64,000 nucleotides of DNA. Source: Cycas panzhihuaensis. Lineage: Eukaryota; Plantae; Cycadophyta. Every line of letters begins with the position of its first letter. Positions within the stretch are counted from its first letter, which is position 1. A program made the position numbers and the translations under genes. Location of the stretch: NCBI GenBank assembly GCA_023213395.1, contig CM041465.1, positions 166,663,741-166,727,740 on the forward strand. The letters run 5' to 3'. Shown here one piece after another: positions 32,743 to 47,248 of the stretch. The notes under the pieces were generated by a model. It worked only from the letters and a program-made list of their open reading frames with translations. It had not been told where the DNA came from and made no database searches.

Positions 32743-35700
32743 TGTTAAAGTATTGATGTTTTATTCCTATGCTTTATTTTTTAAGGGATCCTAAGTAAAG
32801 TGAGGGTTATGTGTCGTAACCCCTCTTTATATTTGTTTGACACATGGCCTACATGCATTGGTCCATACTTGTGACTATTGTATATCTTGAGAGATTCTCT
32901 TCCCTATAATCAAGGAAGGATAGTTCTCTCTCCACATGTTCTCTTGTCTCAACATGGTATTGGAGCAGGTCATTTTGTGAAGGGAATCAAAGTAGGGTTA
33001 AAAGTTTTTTGAAGACAAATGTTAGAAGAAATAAAAGGGAATAAAGATCAAGTTTTTTTTTGAATAGTGGACAAGTTAAAATCACAATATGGGATTGTAC
33101 GAAACTGTATAGATGGATTTTTCAAAGTTCTCTATTTGTAATGAAATTTTACAAATAGGGGCGTCTCAGTACGAGGAATTGTTCATTCCAAAGGATGATC
33201 CTCAAAATCCTCTTCAATCAAAGGGAAATTAGGCTTTTATAGTGGCGAGGGTTTGAGATTTCTCTTAGATTTCATCATCTCAATAAGTGAGACTTGTCTT
33301 AAAATCTTTGTTTTGACATAAGCTTTCATTTGAATCCACTTTTGCAATTTTTTATTAAATATTTTCTAAGATCCAAGCAGAAATCACTTTTAAAGCCTAA
33401 GCGATTGTACAATTTTCAAGCCCTTTTTATGCTATTCTAGAAATCAGATAAACATAAAAACTATAGGTCTAGAAAGAGCACTTTAAAAGAAGTGTTGGGA
33501 GAGTTTCATAAAATCCCGTATACCTGTGTTTTTTTCCCTCGTACATTTGTATGGTGAGGCATTGTTTCATCTGTTTTAGTGTTTTATCTTTGTTCTACTA
33601 TGTTGAAATAAACAATTATGGCCTCAATCTACACATTCAATGATTTTGATAAGTTGACAGGGCAAAATTATAATGCTTGCAAGCTTAGAATGAGAGGTCT
33701 CCTTGCCAAAAATGTTTGGGGGATTGTAAGTGGAAAAGAGGCAAAACTTGGAGCCATTGATGCCACTTAATTAGCAAACTGGGAAGAAAGGGATAGGAAT
33801 GCCCATGCATCCATTATGTTATCAGTAGGAGAATTTGTCCTAACACACCTTAGTGAAATAGATTCCTTTGCTGAAGCCTGGAGAAAAAATTAAAAAAATG
33901 AAGCCCAAATCATTTCCCTCAGAGAACAATTGTGTCGAATTCATCTGAGAGGAGGAAAATGGGTTCAAAGTTTTATCACTAAAATAGTTGAAGTCAAAGA
34001 TAGTCTTGCATCTGCTAGTGAAACATTATCTGACACAGAAATTGTTTGGTTAATCCTCAACAAGTTGCTAAAATCCTATGACAATCTTGTCAATACTCTT
34101 ACTGTAGGAGGCTAGGCTACTAATATGTTTGTTGATACCTTGTGTGGACACTTATTACAGCAAGAACAAAGAACAAAAAGATATGAAGAGGAGACAAACA
34201 TTAAAGAAGTGTTTCTTTCAAGGTTACGATTAGATGGTAGAGGACAACCTAGTAGGACCTCAAGAGGAAGAGGAAGAGTTATGAGAGGAAGATTCAACGA
34301 TTTGTGAGAGGGATGATCTACATTAGCAGAAAGATTCAATGAGGCACTGGCTAGGTACACAACAATAGAATCTAGACCTTGTTATCATTACGACATAAGG
34401 ACATCTTCCTAGTAATTGTAGGTAGTATGATCCTTCAACTTGTTACCGTTGTGGAAGAGAAAGACCCTATGCTAATGGTTGTCCACAAAGAAGAGCTGAA
34501 ATCTATAGGGGAAAGAGAGAAGAAGGAAATTTTAGTAGTGAACCATACAAAGAAGAAGAAGAAGAAGAAGAAGAAGAAATTACTTTTCTCACTGTGTTGG
34601 CTTCATCTGCTCGAAATAATGATGATTGGTTTATAGACTCAAGAGCTTCAAATCAAATATGAGGAAGAAGGAATTGGTTCGAGCAGCAAAATTATGGAAC
34701 TTGATGACAATTTCCTTTACCAATTAACGGCGAAGGCACAATTGTTGTAAAAGTTAATGATAAAATTCAAAAAATTGGCAATGTTGTGTTTGTTCAAGTT
34801 TAAAGAAAAACCTGCTCTTGTATCACAACAGTAAAAGGAAACTTTGAACTATTTTTGATGAGAATCAAAATTGTTTCATATGTGATATGAAATAATTTGG
34901 AATTGTAATTGCAAGAGGAGTAGAGATTGACGACCTTTATAAATTGATCCCTACTCCTATCCCATGTTCTCTTGTACAAGCTTTTGATACTGGCAAATCT
35001 CATAATGAAATCTGGCATTCAAGATATGAACACATTGCCAACAGAAGATTAGAAATGTTGAAGAAATTTAATATGGTAGAAGGATTACCTAATATGGTAC
35101 TTGACTTATCTATTTGCAAAAGTTGCATGCTAGGAAAATAGAACATAGTTCAATTTTAAGAATGCACATGGAGAACAAGAGAAAGACTTGAATTAATTCA
35201 CTTAGACTTGTGTGGGCCAATTCACGCCAAACTCCATTAATGGTGCTTGTTATTTTCTTACATTTATTGATGACTTCTCTAGGAAAACATGGGTGTACTC
35301 CTTTTTCAACAAATCAGAAGTATTAGATGTGTTTAAAGAATTTAAAGCATAAGTGTTTGGAAGAATAGCTTATGTTTATATTCTAGATAAAAAGAGAACA
35401 AAACTAGATTTTAAAAGCATCTTGTGCATAATGGTCTGTTATAGCAACAAATCTAAAACTTATCCTTGCATAGATCCAAAAACAAACAAAATCTATATCA
35501 GTAGAGATGTAATCTTTGATGAAGGGTTTAATGAAGGATTAGCTGATGGTGATAAAGCTTAAAAAACAAAGATTATTCAAGAAGAAAATATTGAATAATT
35601 CCAATAGAATATTTTTCAAAGATAGTACTTCTAGTGAACACTAAGAAGAAGAGGAATCCAACAGTCAACTAATAGATACTGAGCAAACTAGGAATAATGA

Positions 35701-37581
35701 GCAAGAAGGATCAAGTCCAAATAGAAACAACTTACCAAAATGATATTTGAAGATTGTTCAAGAATCAAAGGGAAATCTCTTTGAACACATGACAAGATCC
35801 CAAAGACATCAAGAATTGATTTGTTATGTTGAACCACAAAGATATGACGAAGTTTGCAAAGAGTCAAAGTGGCAAAAACCATGGACACTAAAATGGGTGC
35901 CATAAAAGAAGTGAGACTTGGGAATTAGTCTCACCACCCAAAGGTAAGTCCATTGTTGGATGCAAATTTGTGTGTAAAATTAAAGAGAAATCTGATGGTA
36001 GCATTGAAAAATACAAAGTTAGATTAGTTGCAAAAGGATATAGTTAAACTGTTGGTATTCATTATGAAGAAACCTTTTTTCTAGTAGCAAAATTGATAAC
36101 TGTCAGGACAATCATTGCCATGGCAACACATTTTGGATGGGATATTATACAACTAGATGTGAAAAGTGCCTTTCTAAATGGGGATCTGGATGAAGAAGTG
36201 TATATGGAACAACCTCTTCGAGACATAAAAAGAAGTGAAGAACATCTTGGTTGTAGGTTAAAGAAGACAATATATGGACTCGAGTAGGCACCATGAGCAT
36301 GGTATGTAAGATTAGACTCACATTTCAAACAAAGGTTTTGTCAAGTGCAAATCAGATCTAAGCCCTTATATCAAGAAAAGGGGGAATGTCTTGATCAACA
36401 TAATTGTGGTTTATGTAGATGACGTGATAATTGCTGAAAGTGATCAAGACACAATCAGTTGGATAAAAGTTCTAATGAAAAATGTCTTCGAAATGATAGA
36501 CATGGGTGGATTACATTATTATCTTGAAATTGAAGTAGAGCAAAAAACAAACTCTATCTTTATTTCTTAGTTAAAATATGCAAAAAATCTTCTCAAAAAA
36601 TTCTGGATGGAAGATTGTAATACTACTGCCACTCCAATGGAAACAGAATATATGCTACCTGCAAATAAAGATGGACAAGAGGTAAATGAAACCTTGTATA
36701 GGCATCTTGTTGGTAGTCTTATTTATCTAACTACTACTAGACCTGATATCTCTTATTCAGTTGAGGTAATTTCAAAATATATGCATGCACCAAATTGGAA
36801 TGCAACAAAAGGGATACTGAGATATATCAAAGGTACTCCAACCCTAGGATTAAGCTATGCCAGGACAAGTTCTATTAAATTAACTAGATATAATGATTTA
36901 GACTAGGTTGGAGATCGATAAGAGAGAAAATCTACTTTAGGTTACTGTTTTTGTCTTGGATCAACTGTCACATCTTAGAGTAGCAAAGAATAGGCTACTA
37001 TCACCTTGTCATCTATAGAAGCGGAATACAAAGCAATAATAAGTGCTACTGATGAAACAATATGGATAAGACAATTTTTTAAAGATTTGAAACAAAATTA
37101 GTTGTAGGCCACTTCTATTTTTTGCGGTAACCAAAATGCTATCAAATTAACAAAAAATCCTATATTCCATGCAAGAACCAAACACATTGAAGTGCACCAC
37201 CATTTTATTAGAGAAAAAGTTTCAAACAAGGGAAATAAACTTATAGTATTGCACCAATGAGGAGCAACTTGCAGATATATTTATAGAACCCTTGACAAAA
37301 GCTAAGTTTCAATTTTTGAGAGAAAAGTTGGGGGAAAAAAAAACAAAGGATAAAACATTAAGTGGAGGGAGGGGCGGTGTTAAACTATTGATGTTTTATT
37401 TTTTTAAAGGGCCCTAAGTAAGATGAGAGTTATGTGTCGTAACTCCCCTTTGTATCTGTTTGACACATGGCCTACATGCATTGGCCCATACTTGTGACTC
37501 TATTGTATATACTGAGGGATTTTCTCCTCCCTATAATTAAGGAAGGACAACTTTCTCTCCACATGTTCTCTTGTCTTAACA
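32743..37581 (+). mobile_element. degenerate Ty1/copia #3
   Basis: LTRs 32743-32954 and 37378-37581; TSD GTGTT/ATGTT; PBS TGGTATTGGAGC 32955; PPT AGTGGAGGGAGGGGCGG; gag, PR, partial IN, RT ([18 protein letters not shown]), RH. Confidence 0.93.
34551..34578. repeat. (GAA)n microsatellite in copia #3 gag-PR linker
   Basis: about 9 GAA units. Confidence 0.9.
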
Positions 37582-39594
37582 ATGTTGTGTGATTGAGAAT
37601 CACACATTCTAGGTGAGGTTGGTGCATTTCGGCATTTCCATTGTGCTAAGGGAATTTGGTGGTTTTGAAGAAGGTAAATGCTTTGCAAATTTCGCTTTGG
37701 GTTTATCGACCCGTGGAAGATATGAATGCCCTAAAATCTCATTCTATTGTTTCACAGTCATCATGGAAATGAGTTGATGAAGAACACAGGCAATGTGAAT
37801 CTTGTTGTAGATATAGCAAGCAAATCAAATGGTGGCAGCTATGAAAAATGACAGATTTTTTCGAAAAAATTTCAAGTTTTTTTAGTGGTTGATTAAATCA
37901 AACTGAATTTTATTAAATTTGAAGTCCTCCCCCTTATGTTGTTAGCCCTCGGTAACTTTAGTATTTGCATGTGATCTTGTTATAATCATAAAAGGATCTA
38001 AACTTCTTTTATGCCTTTAAGCGATTTTTTTTCTTTTTTTCCATTTGTTTTTGGTGAAATTTCTATGTAAAGACCTTGTTGTCTTTGAGATTAGTTATGA
38101 ACTCATGCTTGTGGTCTTTTTTTAAGTTTTTTTTTTTGACTTGTTATATCTTGAAAAATTCAAAAAGGGTGTAATATAAACAATGGTGTTTTTTTTTTTT
38201 TTTTTCTATGTTGGGGCTAATCTAAGCTCTGTGTTGTGTTTGCACTTATATGTTTACCATTTTAAAGTTAGTCTCTACAAAAATGGTTGATGCTATTCTC
38301 ACTTCCCTCATAGTAAAATTATAGGGTGCTAATAACTACATAGCATGTAAATAGTAGACGAACAATTTGTTGACATTGAATGATTCTTGGAGTTTTGTAA
38401 ATGACATAGGGGTAAGAAATGCAATAGGCAACATTGTACAGGCTAAATATGATGTTAGAAATAGAATTGCACGTGAAATAACTAATTTGTCAATTGGAGG
38501 AAATTTAATGGAAAATGTGCAATATGCTACAACAACCAGGGAAGTGTGGGATTTAATAGTGTGTCCCTTTTATGACAACCAAAATGTTGCAAGAGCACTT
38601 ATTAGGAACTGATACCTCATTTTGTAGGGTTGGGGCCTATTCATTTGTATTTATGGTACTCTTGGCCAAGGGTTTAGCATCATTAGATTTACTTGGTTAA
38701 TTAGAAGTTAACCATAGGTAGCAACACTTACCTAAGAGGCATCCTCACCTTGAAGAGGGTTGAACACTCAACATTTATTCATTTCTTTTGCACTTTTAGA
38801 TTACTAATGTTAATATATTTGATATTTTCTATTTATTCTAGCTTGGAAGAGCTAAAAAATCCCTAGTTTGTAGTAAGTGGTATCAGAGCATGGGTGGGCA
38901 CCCATTTCATCCTAGAATTGTGTGTGCACCTTTGAAATGTCATTAGGTGTTGTAGGAAACCATTTGTTCTCTTTGGAAAAAACCACAGGCAATAGGGTTT
39001 GGTTTGGGATCATTGCGTGTTTTTTAAAGCCACCATTAGATCGCTATGGGCTTGGTGTCTCCTAGAATTTTGTGGGGAATCTCAAAGTCTTTTAATAGGC
39101 AAAGGTGTAGTAATAAGGACCCAATTGCAGTCGAGCGAGCTCAGACAGGAGGTGATATGGAGTAATTCTTGTGGAAAATATAGTACATAGGTGTGTAGGT
39201 TTGTCACCACCAACAATGGAAAAAATAAAATGAATTAAAAAAAAAAACTTTTGTAAGGTTTTGAAATAATAAAATTCAATTGAAAAGTGTTTTCAAGTCC
39301 ATCACCTACTAAGTATCTGTGATCCTATGCGCTTTCCCATGTGACTAGGTGCTTTTTTAATAGAGCTTGAGCAATTTTTAGTCTGATGTTTATTTTTGTA
39401 CTTCACTGCATTCTTGTTGCTATAATTTTCATCTAATGGGTCAGATTTAGTGCCGTTTGTTTTGTTGGAATCTACATTTTGATGCCTTTGAATTGGAGAT
39501 ATGTATGATTTGGTTTGGTGCTACATAGCCTTAGAATTTAATCTTTGAAGTTGATTTAAGGGTCTTAAGTATAACTTTTATGAGATTTTTTGTC

Positions 39595-42500
39595 TGTGTG
39601 CTTTTATGTATCTCACATCAATTTGTGTGCATTATTCTATTAAGTAGGCACAAGTTAAGCCAATGTGAATGCAAACCAAATCTTTATTTTGAATAAAGGG
39701 CCCTGCGTCTGGTTCTCTCACAACCAAACGTAGGTTGAACAATACAACCAATTTCTGTACAAACTGCAACTCAAGCTATTACAATAAAGAATACAAGAAA
39801 AGTCTTGGAATTATTACTTGCAACATCTATTACGTCCATCGGACTTATACAAGTATGATATTTTTCGTTACATCAATGGCCTTAGTCGTTCCAACTAACT
39901 TTAATCGTTACATAGTGTCCACATGGAAATAAGTCTTCATTCATCTTTTAATTATAATTTTGGATGTAGTCTGGGTCGTTCTTCAGTTGCAAATTTGTGA
40001 CCTAGTCACACAATATTTGCGATCTAGTCGTACTCCAAGTCACACTTGGTCGCACTTCAGGTTGTACCTAGTTGCACCTCGGGTTGTAGTTGGTTGTACT
40101 TGATCGCACTTGGTACTTGGTTGCTCTTTTGATTGCACTTGATTGTACTTAATATGCCTCTAGTTGTACTTTATCGCACCTGATTACATCTGGTTGCACT
40201 TAATTGTGCCTTGGTTGCATTTAGTTGTACCTAGTTGTAGTTTGAATTGCAACCCAAAATTGAAATTATACACTATTTACCTTAAAAAATCTTTTAGATC
40301 TTTTGTGACTTATTCCTTGCATACATCTACCCCATCACAAAACCGACGAGTGCCCTCACTTGCACAAAAATTTCAAAAATTTTCCCATTCCATCTATCCC
40401 TGCCTCCCCCAAATTTTGAAATCAGGATCATTGGGAGGATTGGCCTTGTTCGATATTTTCACGCACTTCCTTTTTGGTTTCTTTCAACTTGGCCATTTCT
40501 CTTTTAATGTACAAGGGATCTAATTGTACAATCATTGGAGGAAGCGACAATCCTTTAGACTTAATACAATTACACAAAATAATGGCATCATGAAGTGCAT
40601 CAAACTGCCTCATATTAGGTGATTCTCCTAATTGCAACTAGGCTATCTCCCTATATAATTCTTGATTAATAGTTTGCAGGGTTTGCAAGTTGTATTTGTA
40701 AGCGCACATCCAACTCCAATCTTTGTTGCATTGTTCAGATTCTTCGTCACTCTTTAATATCCAAGCTCCTACTTTATAAATTACGTCTGTGGGGATTTGC
40801 TCATTAAATTGCTCATTGAATTTTTTTAATTGAAGGGTTACCTCATTCACATCATCCACCCAATTTGCAATAAATTTCTTTAAGAATTCTAATTTCCCTT
40901 CTGTAGCTTGTGTTGACATCGTTTGTGTTTTGACTTCACGACCTCAGTATGCACTAGTGCAGGTTGTGGTTGTTTTTCTTATTCTGCAACTATTGGCAAC
41001 CCATGTTCTATCTTCTGTTTCCCTATTCTAATTTGTTTTCTTCTCTCTTTCTTCTTCTTTTCCTCTTGCTTCACTTCCTCTTCTTGCTGTTCATCTTTGA
41101 CCTGTGAGGATGCCTCTTCTTGCGGTCTTTCCTCTTCTTCTAAAATCACTATCCTAGTTGGAGATGGTTCTTGAGTTGCTTTTTTCCATTGCACAAGTAG
41201 CCAATTCTTCACTCACTCCTACACTTGATTTAGTAGTAGGTCTCGAGAATTATCCTTGCTAAGAGTCTTAGTCCATTTTGCCAGTGGATTTTGGCCATTT
41301 TTGGAGGTGGGTAAATGAACATCCGGACATTGTGAAAATAAAAGACCTTGTAGCAATGTTAGGTGAAAAAACATTACTGACTGTCCTGCATTTTTCACAC
41401 TCTCCAAATTTTTCTAGAGTCTTTTTAAGAATAAATCTGCCAGTTGAACTAAATTCCTTTTGCTACTCGCAACAATATTGAATAGAGATTAGTTGGTACA
41501 AACAAGTTTTTTTGGCTCAGAATGACCCTTGTAAAAAAAAAGAAAAGTGAGCGATCCACCTACGTTCCTTTGAATGGATTTGCTTGTCATGTGGAATATC
41601 CTATCCTTCATCAAACAAACTTATAAGTTGTGATTGCCCTTGCAAAGCAATGTAGAATGGAGGGGTGCGCAGCTACCAATGATAGTACAATCATTTAAAA
41701 GTTAAATGCAATTGGAAGTATGTCTACCATAATATATTTAGAAAATCTTGCATTTGTCAAAGCTTTCTTAGGAAAGTTGTTCATATGCATAGCTAACCAT
41801 TCAACACAAATTCTGGCGTCATCTGTCTCTTGAAAGTTGATGTTGATTTGTAAAAAATTGTTTCCCTCGGCTATGGTAACTGTTGAATTGCTTATTGTTC
41901 CTTTCAATTCACAAAGATGGATTGCATAATAATTCGCAACAAGCTATAGTCATTATTAGCTTCTGAACAAAAGGGAATGATTTTACCAATTCGATTAGGG
42001 GGTTTATAACCAAGTCTGTGATGGTTGTGATGTTATTTGGTGCTAGTCATTATAATTAACGACCTTCAATATCTTATCACATTGTCGGTCGTGTTTAAGT
42101 CATAATTATGATGTTGTCTACCACACGTTGCACTGCTTACTCACGTATCGTGATCATTGTATGCTTTTAATGATATCTTACTCACGTGTCGTGATCATTG
42201 TATGCTTTTAATGATATCTTATTATGAACAATCCAACTGTCCATTTTTGGCTACCAATTGTTGGAAGGCTTCTGTTAATGACTTTCTAGCTCTGATCCTT
42301 CACTGGATTGTGACCTCATCTAGTTTGCATTCTTTTTCTTTTTTTTATTTTTTTTAAACACACCTATATGGTTTGAGTCAACTACCATTTATAGGTTTAA
42401 CCATGGGTGAATTATCGAGTTATCTGAGTTGAACACCTCTTTTTTGCCCAATTTAGTCCACCTTGTTTGCACCTAATCATTTGAACTTCATCTTTCTCAA

Positions 42501-45500
42501 TTTAACTCAAAACTTGTTGTCATAAAGCAATACTAAATCACCAATCTGGAACTGGGGTGTTCTTAGATGTTTGTCATGCCAGGCCTTGTGATGGTTCTTT
42601 TCCATCCTAATTTCCCACAATGCTCTTGCTTGCCGTTCATTTAATTTCATCAGTTCTATGAACCATTGTTCTCTTGAATTCCCTTCCTCCATCCTTAGCT
42701 GGTTTGCTATTCACAAACTTTCTGCTTGGAATTCCAAGGGAATGATATCTTTCAGACCATACACCAATTGAAATGTTGTTTGCTTCCGGCGTCACTTTAT
42801 TGTCGTTCTATCTGCCCATAGAACCGAATGTAGTCATTTTGTCCAATTTATGCTACCTTCTCCACAAATCTATGCCAAGGCTAACTTTAAAATTTTATTT
42901 GTACTTTTCACTTGACCATTGGCCCTTGGGTAGTATGGCGAAGATTTTCTGTGTTGGATTAGGAATTCTGTAGTAAGATGTTGAATTGTATGATTTAGAA
43001 AGCTACTACCTTGATCTGATACAATTTTAAGTGGGCATCCAAAATAGACAATTATCATTTCTACAAAAAACGTGCAGTACTACGGGCATCATATGTCTTC
43101 ATAGGCTTCACTTTTGTCCATTTAGTGAGAAAATCAATAGCAACGAGAATATACTTGGCATTTGTTTTTTCTATAGGTGGGCTGATTGGTCCTATGAAAT
43201 CCAATCCCCACTTCTTGAATGGGGCCTGTATTAAAATCATACGTAAAGGCATGAAGTGAAGTTTACTTGGTTTGCCAAATCTTTGGCAAACATCACAAGC
43301 CTTGACCAATTTTTCCACATCTTCAAATAATGTGGGCCGCCATAATCCTACGAGCAAAATCTTTCTAGTAGTTATCTTTGTGCCTTGGTGCTTTGTTGCA
43401 ACTCCCTCATGACCTTCTCGTACCACGACTTCCACTTCATGTTCTAATGTACATTGTTCCAGGACTCTATTAGGTCCAAGTTTACACAATATGCCTTGGA
43501 TTAGTTGAAATGGAAATGCCTTTATAATAAAACTTTGTCATTTAGCTCATTCTAGTGCAATTAGTGTCCATCCTATTGATAGATATTATGCAATGCCTTT
43601 GTACCATGGTGGTATTGCTTTTACTGAAAATAATTTTGTATCAAGAAAGTTTTCTTGGATTTCGATGGCAACCTCTGTGTTCACATTTCTAGATAGTTTG
43701 ATTGGGCACAATATGTTTCTGCCCTTTCTTAACAATGATTTTGAAATTAAATTCTTGAAACAACATTAGTTATTTGCTAATCCTTCCTTGTAAGATTAGC
43801 TTGTTAATTAGATATTGCAAAGCTTGATGATCCACAAAGAATACACATGGGTTAGCTAGTAAATAATGCCTAAATTTTTATAGTGCATACACCATTTTGA
43901 GGCCTTCTCTTTTCGTTATTGAATAATTTTGCTCAGCCTGTGTCAATTTTTGACTAGCAAAATAGATTGGAAAATTTATATTGCAATCTCTTGGCTAAGC
44001 CAACATGCATCCTATCGCAAAGAGAGAGGCATCTACATGTACATGGAATGGTTTATTCTAGTAAGGAAATCTGAGGATTGGTGCTTGCACTACTTTTCTC
44101 TTCAACAAATCGAATGCTAATTGCTGTTGTAAATTCCATTGCCACATTATTCTTTTCTTTAGCAACATTTCGAGGGGATTTGCTATCTGGGTATATTCTT
44201 TGTTGAACTTCTTGTAATAACTTGTCATTTCCAGAAATCCTTTTAATTGCTTTACTGTCTTTAGCATTGGAAAGTTTAAGATGACAACCACTTTTTTTGG
44301 GTTTGTTAGCAAACATTCCTTGTTACTATATGCCCCAATAGAGATCCAAATGGAACCAAGAACGTGCACTTGTCTGTATTTAAGCACAGATTATTTCTCC
44401 TACAGGTTTCAAGCATTAACCTCAGATTGCCAAGATGTTTTTTTAGAAGGGTGTATAGAGTCTAGTCATCCAAAAACACCTCAATGGTTTTTCCAATCAT
44501 CTGTTGGAAAATATTTAAAATAACTCGTTGAAATGTGGCTAGTGCATTGGTCAAGCCAAAAGGCATGACCTTATAAGCATATGTACCCCATTCAGTCACA
44601 AAAGTTGTCTTTAATTAGTCTTCAAGAGCTATCCTTACTTGGTTATAGCCACTTAACCCATCTGTGAATGAATAAACCTCGTGACCTTCCACCTTCTCCA
44701 AAATGTCCTTAGTGAAGGGTATAGGAAAAAGGTCTTTTTTGTTGTAGCCTTGTTTAAGGCCCACACTGGCATGTAGTTTCCCATTTTTCTTGGGAAGTAT
44801 GATTGACCCATTCGCTATTGTTGACTTCAAAAATATATCCCGCTTCCAATAGCTTCTCTATTTTTGCCTTCACATTCTGTTTATAATTGGGGTTCGTCTT
44901 ATAGGGGTGTTGCTTCACTGGCTTTGCTCCCTCCACCAACTTTATCTGATGTTGTGCCAATTCCTGCAGAATGATCTTTAGGTCCTTCTAGGACCAAGCA
45001 AAGACATCTTTGTATTCTAAGAATAGAGTTGTTGCCTGGTTAACTATTTTGACATCCCAATAATCTCCCATGGTGATTAACTAGGGTTGTTATTTTGCCC
45101 CTACGTTGATTTGCTTTATCTTCAACTACTTCCCCTTCACTGATTTGCCATCTTGGTTCAAAATATATACTGGGGTTCTATCAATTATCTTGCCTCCAAA
45201 CTTTGTCATAGAGTATTTTAGAGGAAATTTTTTTGAACCATCTTGTGCTTCAATCTGAATTATTTTGCGACACAGAATATTGTTTTATCATTTTTATTTG
45301 AAAGCAATTTTCAGCTAGACTTATCATTTTCTATTTTAGAATGGACATGACATTCTGGATTTTATTATCTTTGTTGTGGTATGCGAAGGTGTGACAAAAG
45401 TTTTGCACTAATTCATCCCAGTCTACTAATTGTGATTTTTCATAGTATTGGTACCATACTAATCAAACTTCTTTCAAAGTATGTACTAATCGTTGGGTCC

Positions 45501-47248
45501 ATTCACTTTTAGGAACATGAGTTTTGTTCCATATATGAACACATCTTTGCACATGTATATGAGGATTATCCCTATTTTGAAAATTTGGAAGATTATTATC
45601 TTTCATATGGAATCTATTTAAAAAGTTGATTTATGTCATGCCAAGTTTTAAATTGCATACAATGAGTAGCATACCAATCTAAAGCTTGTCCTAGCAGGGA
45701 CATTGGAACAAATACCGCCAAAAATCTTCTTGCCATTCTTTATTTCTCAATATTTCAGTACATTGATTCAAATGATTTGATGCTTCATCTTCTTAGACCC
45801 CAAATTTGTGGAAAATTTTCAATAATTTCACTAAATTTTGGGTTACCTTGCACTATTTGCAAGTCTTGGATCTGGATTCCTTGTTCTCCTTTTCTGAACA
45901 TTTGGGACTGCTCTGTAATTGCCTCTGGATCAATGTTTTCTCCATCGTCCATGGAGGCTGGGCACATCTCCAATCTGTAGCAAGTCATTTGTTTAGTTCT
46001 TCCCATGCATTTTGAAGCTAGTTTAACATATGGGAAGAAGATGCATCACTGGGTATGGTAGAGTGCAATTTGTATGCTATTTTCAAGGAGGGGCTTACTG
46101 TTGATTCTATTTCCACTGTTGTGGATGAGGCTCTTTCAACATCCTCAAATTTTTCAACTTGAGCCCCATTTGAGCATAAGGGCAGGGTGATTACTTACTG
46201 CAGTGTAAATCTTATGGCATAATCTACTCCATTTTCTTTTATTGCATAATCTACTCCATTTTCTTTTATTGCTCTTAGCATAGGCTTTTCAATTTGATCT
46301 AGCATAATCTGCTTGAAATAGCTTGCCTCCCACCATCTAAAAACTACGACGATTGGAATTGAGACTCCTAATTCTATTAACAAATCCTTAGCGAACTAAA
46401 GTCTTTGCCAAAGTTTCATACCTTCCTTTGGTAGTGGAATTTTAGTAGGAGTTGATAGTCTTTTATATACTTCACTCTTGAATCTTTGCTCCCTGAGGTT
46501 CAATCGACAACGGAACCAATGTGTGGTTTTGCGTATCTCACATCAATCTATGTGCATTACTCTGATAGGCAGGTAGGAGTTAAGCCAATGTGAATGCAAA
46601 CCAAATCTTTATTATGAATAAAGGGCCCAATGTCTTTGGTCCTCTCACAACCTAATGCAGGTCGAATAGTACAACCAATTTCTGTACAAGCTGTGATTCG
46701 AGCTGTTACATTAAAGAATATAAGAAAAGTCCTAAAACTATTAATTGCCACATCATTATGTCAATCGAACTTATACAAGTATGATATTTTTCGTTACATC
46801 AACAACCTTGGCTGTTCCAACTAACTTTAACTATTACATAGTGTTCACATGGAAATTAGTCTTCAATTATCTTTTAATTACAATTTTGGTTGCAATTCGA
46901 GTCGTACTTCGGTTGCAACTTTGTGACCTGGTTGTACTCTAAGTTGCACCTGGTCATACTTCAGGTTGTACTTGGTTGCATTTCAGGTTGTACTTGATTA
47001 CACTTGGTCATGCTTGATCAGACCTCAAGTTGTACTTGGTCAGACTTGATTGCACCTTGCTATACTTGGTCACACTTGTACTTAATATGCCTCTAGTTGT
47101 ACCTGGTCGCACATGATTATATGTGATTGTGTTTAATTGTACCTTGGTTGCACTTAGTTACAGTTTGAATTGCAACCCAAAATTGAAATTATACACTATT
47201 TACCTTCAAAAATCCTTCAAATCTTTTGTGACTTATTCCCCACACACA
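39595..47248 (-). mobile_element. Ty3/gypsy element A (non-chromovirus, Athila-like), degenerate
   Basis: LTRs 39595-40325 and 46520-47248 (~730 bp); PBS TGGTTCCGTTGTCG (tRNA-Asp-like) 46505-46518; RT (DGLSGYNQV, MPFGL), IN (KWGLDFIGP, SDQGSSF, PRANGQV); decayed TSD TGTC/AGTC. Confidence 0.9.
40428..41950 (-). pseudogene. extra sense-strand ORF remnant between integrase and 3' LTR of element A
   Basis: Consecutive minus-strand ORF fragments 41695-41907, 40979-41212 (E/K-rich), 40638-40919, 40428-40637. Confidence 0.55.

Larger units (their letters stand above)
32418..38609 (+). mobile_element. old copia remnant (PBS, 5' leader, gag start), interrupted by copia #3 and ended by the LTR at 38610
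   Basis: PBS TGGTATTAGAGCC at 32418 after ...TTCA; gag N-terminus from ATG 38283 (KL*GANNY...NLLTLNDSWSFV...TTREVWD) resembles copia #1 gag. Linkage of PBS to gag is inferred. Confidence 0.5.

Noticed and set aside
42136-42221. 41-bp tandem duplication (also a 27-bp one at ~46217-46272 and a ~136-bp pair at ~30860-31130)
   Set aside because: Ordinary local duplications in decayed elements.
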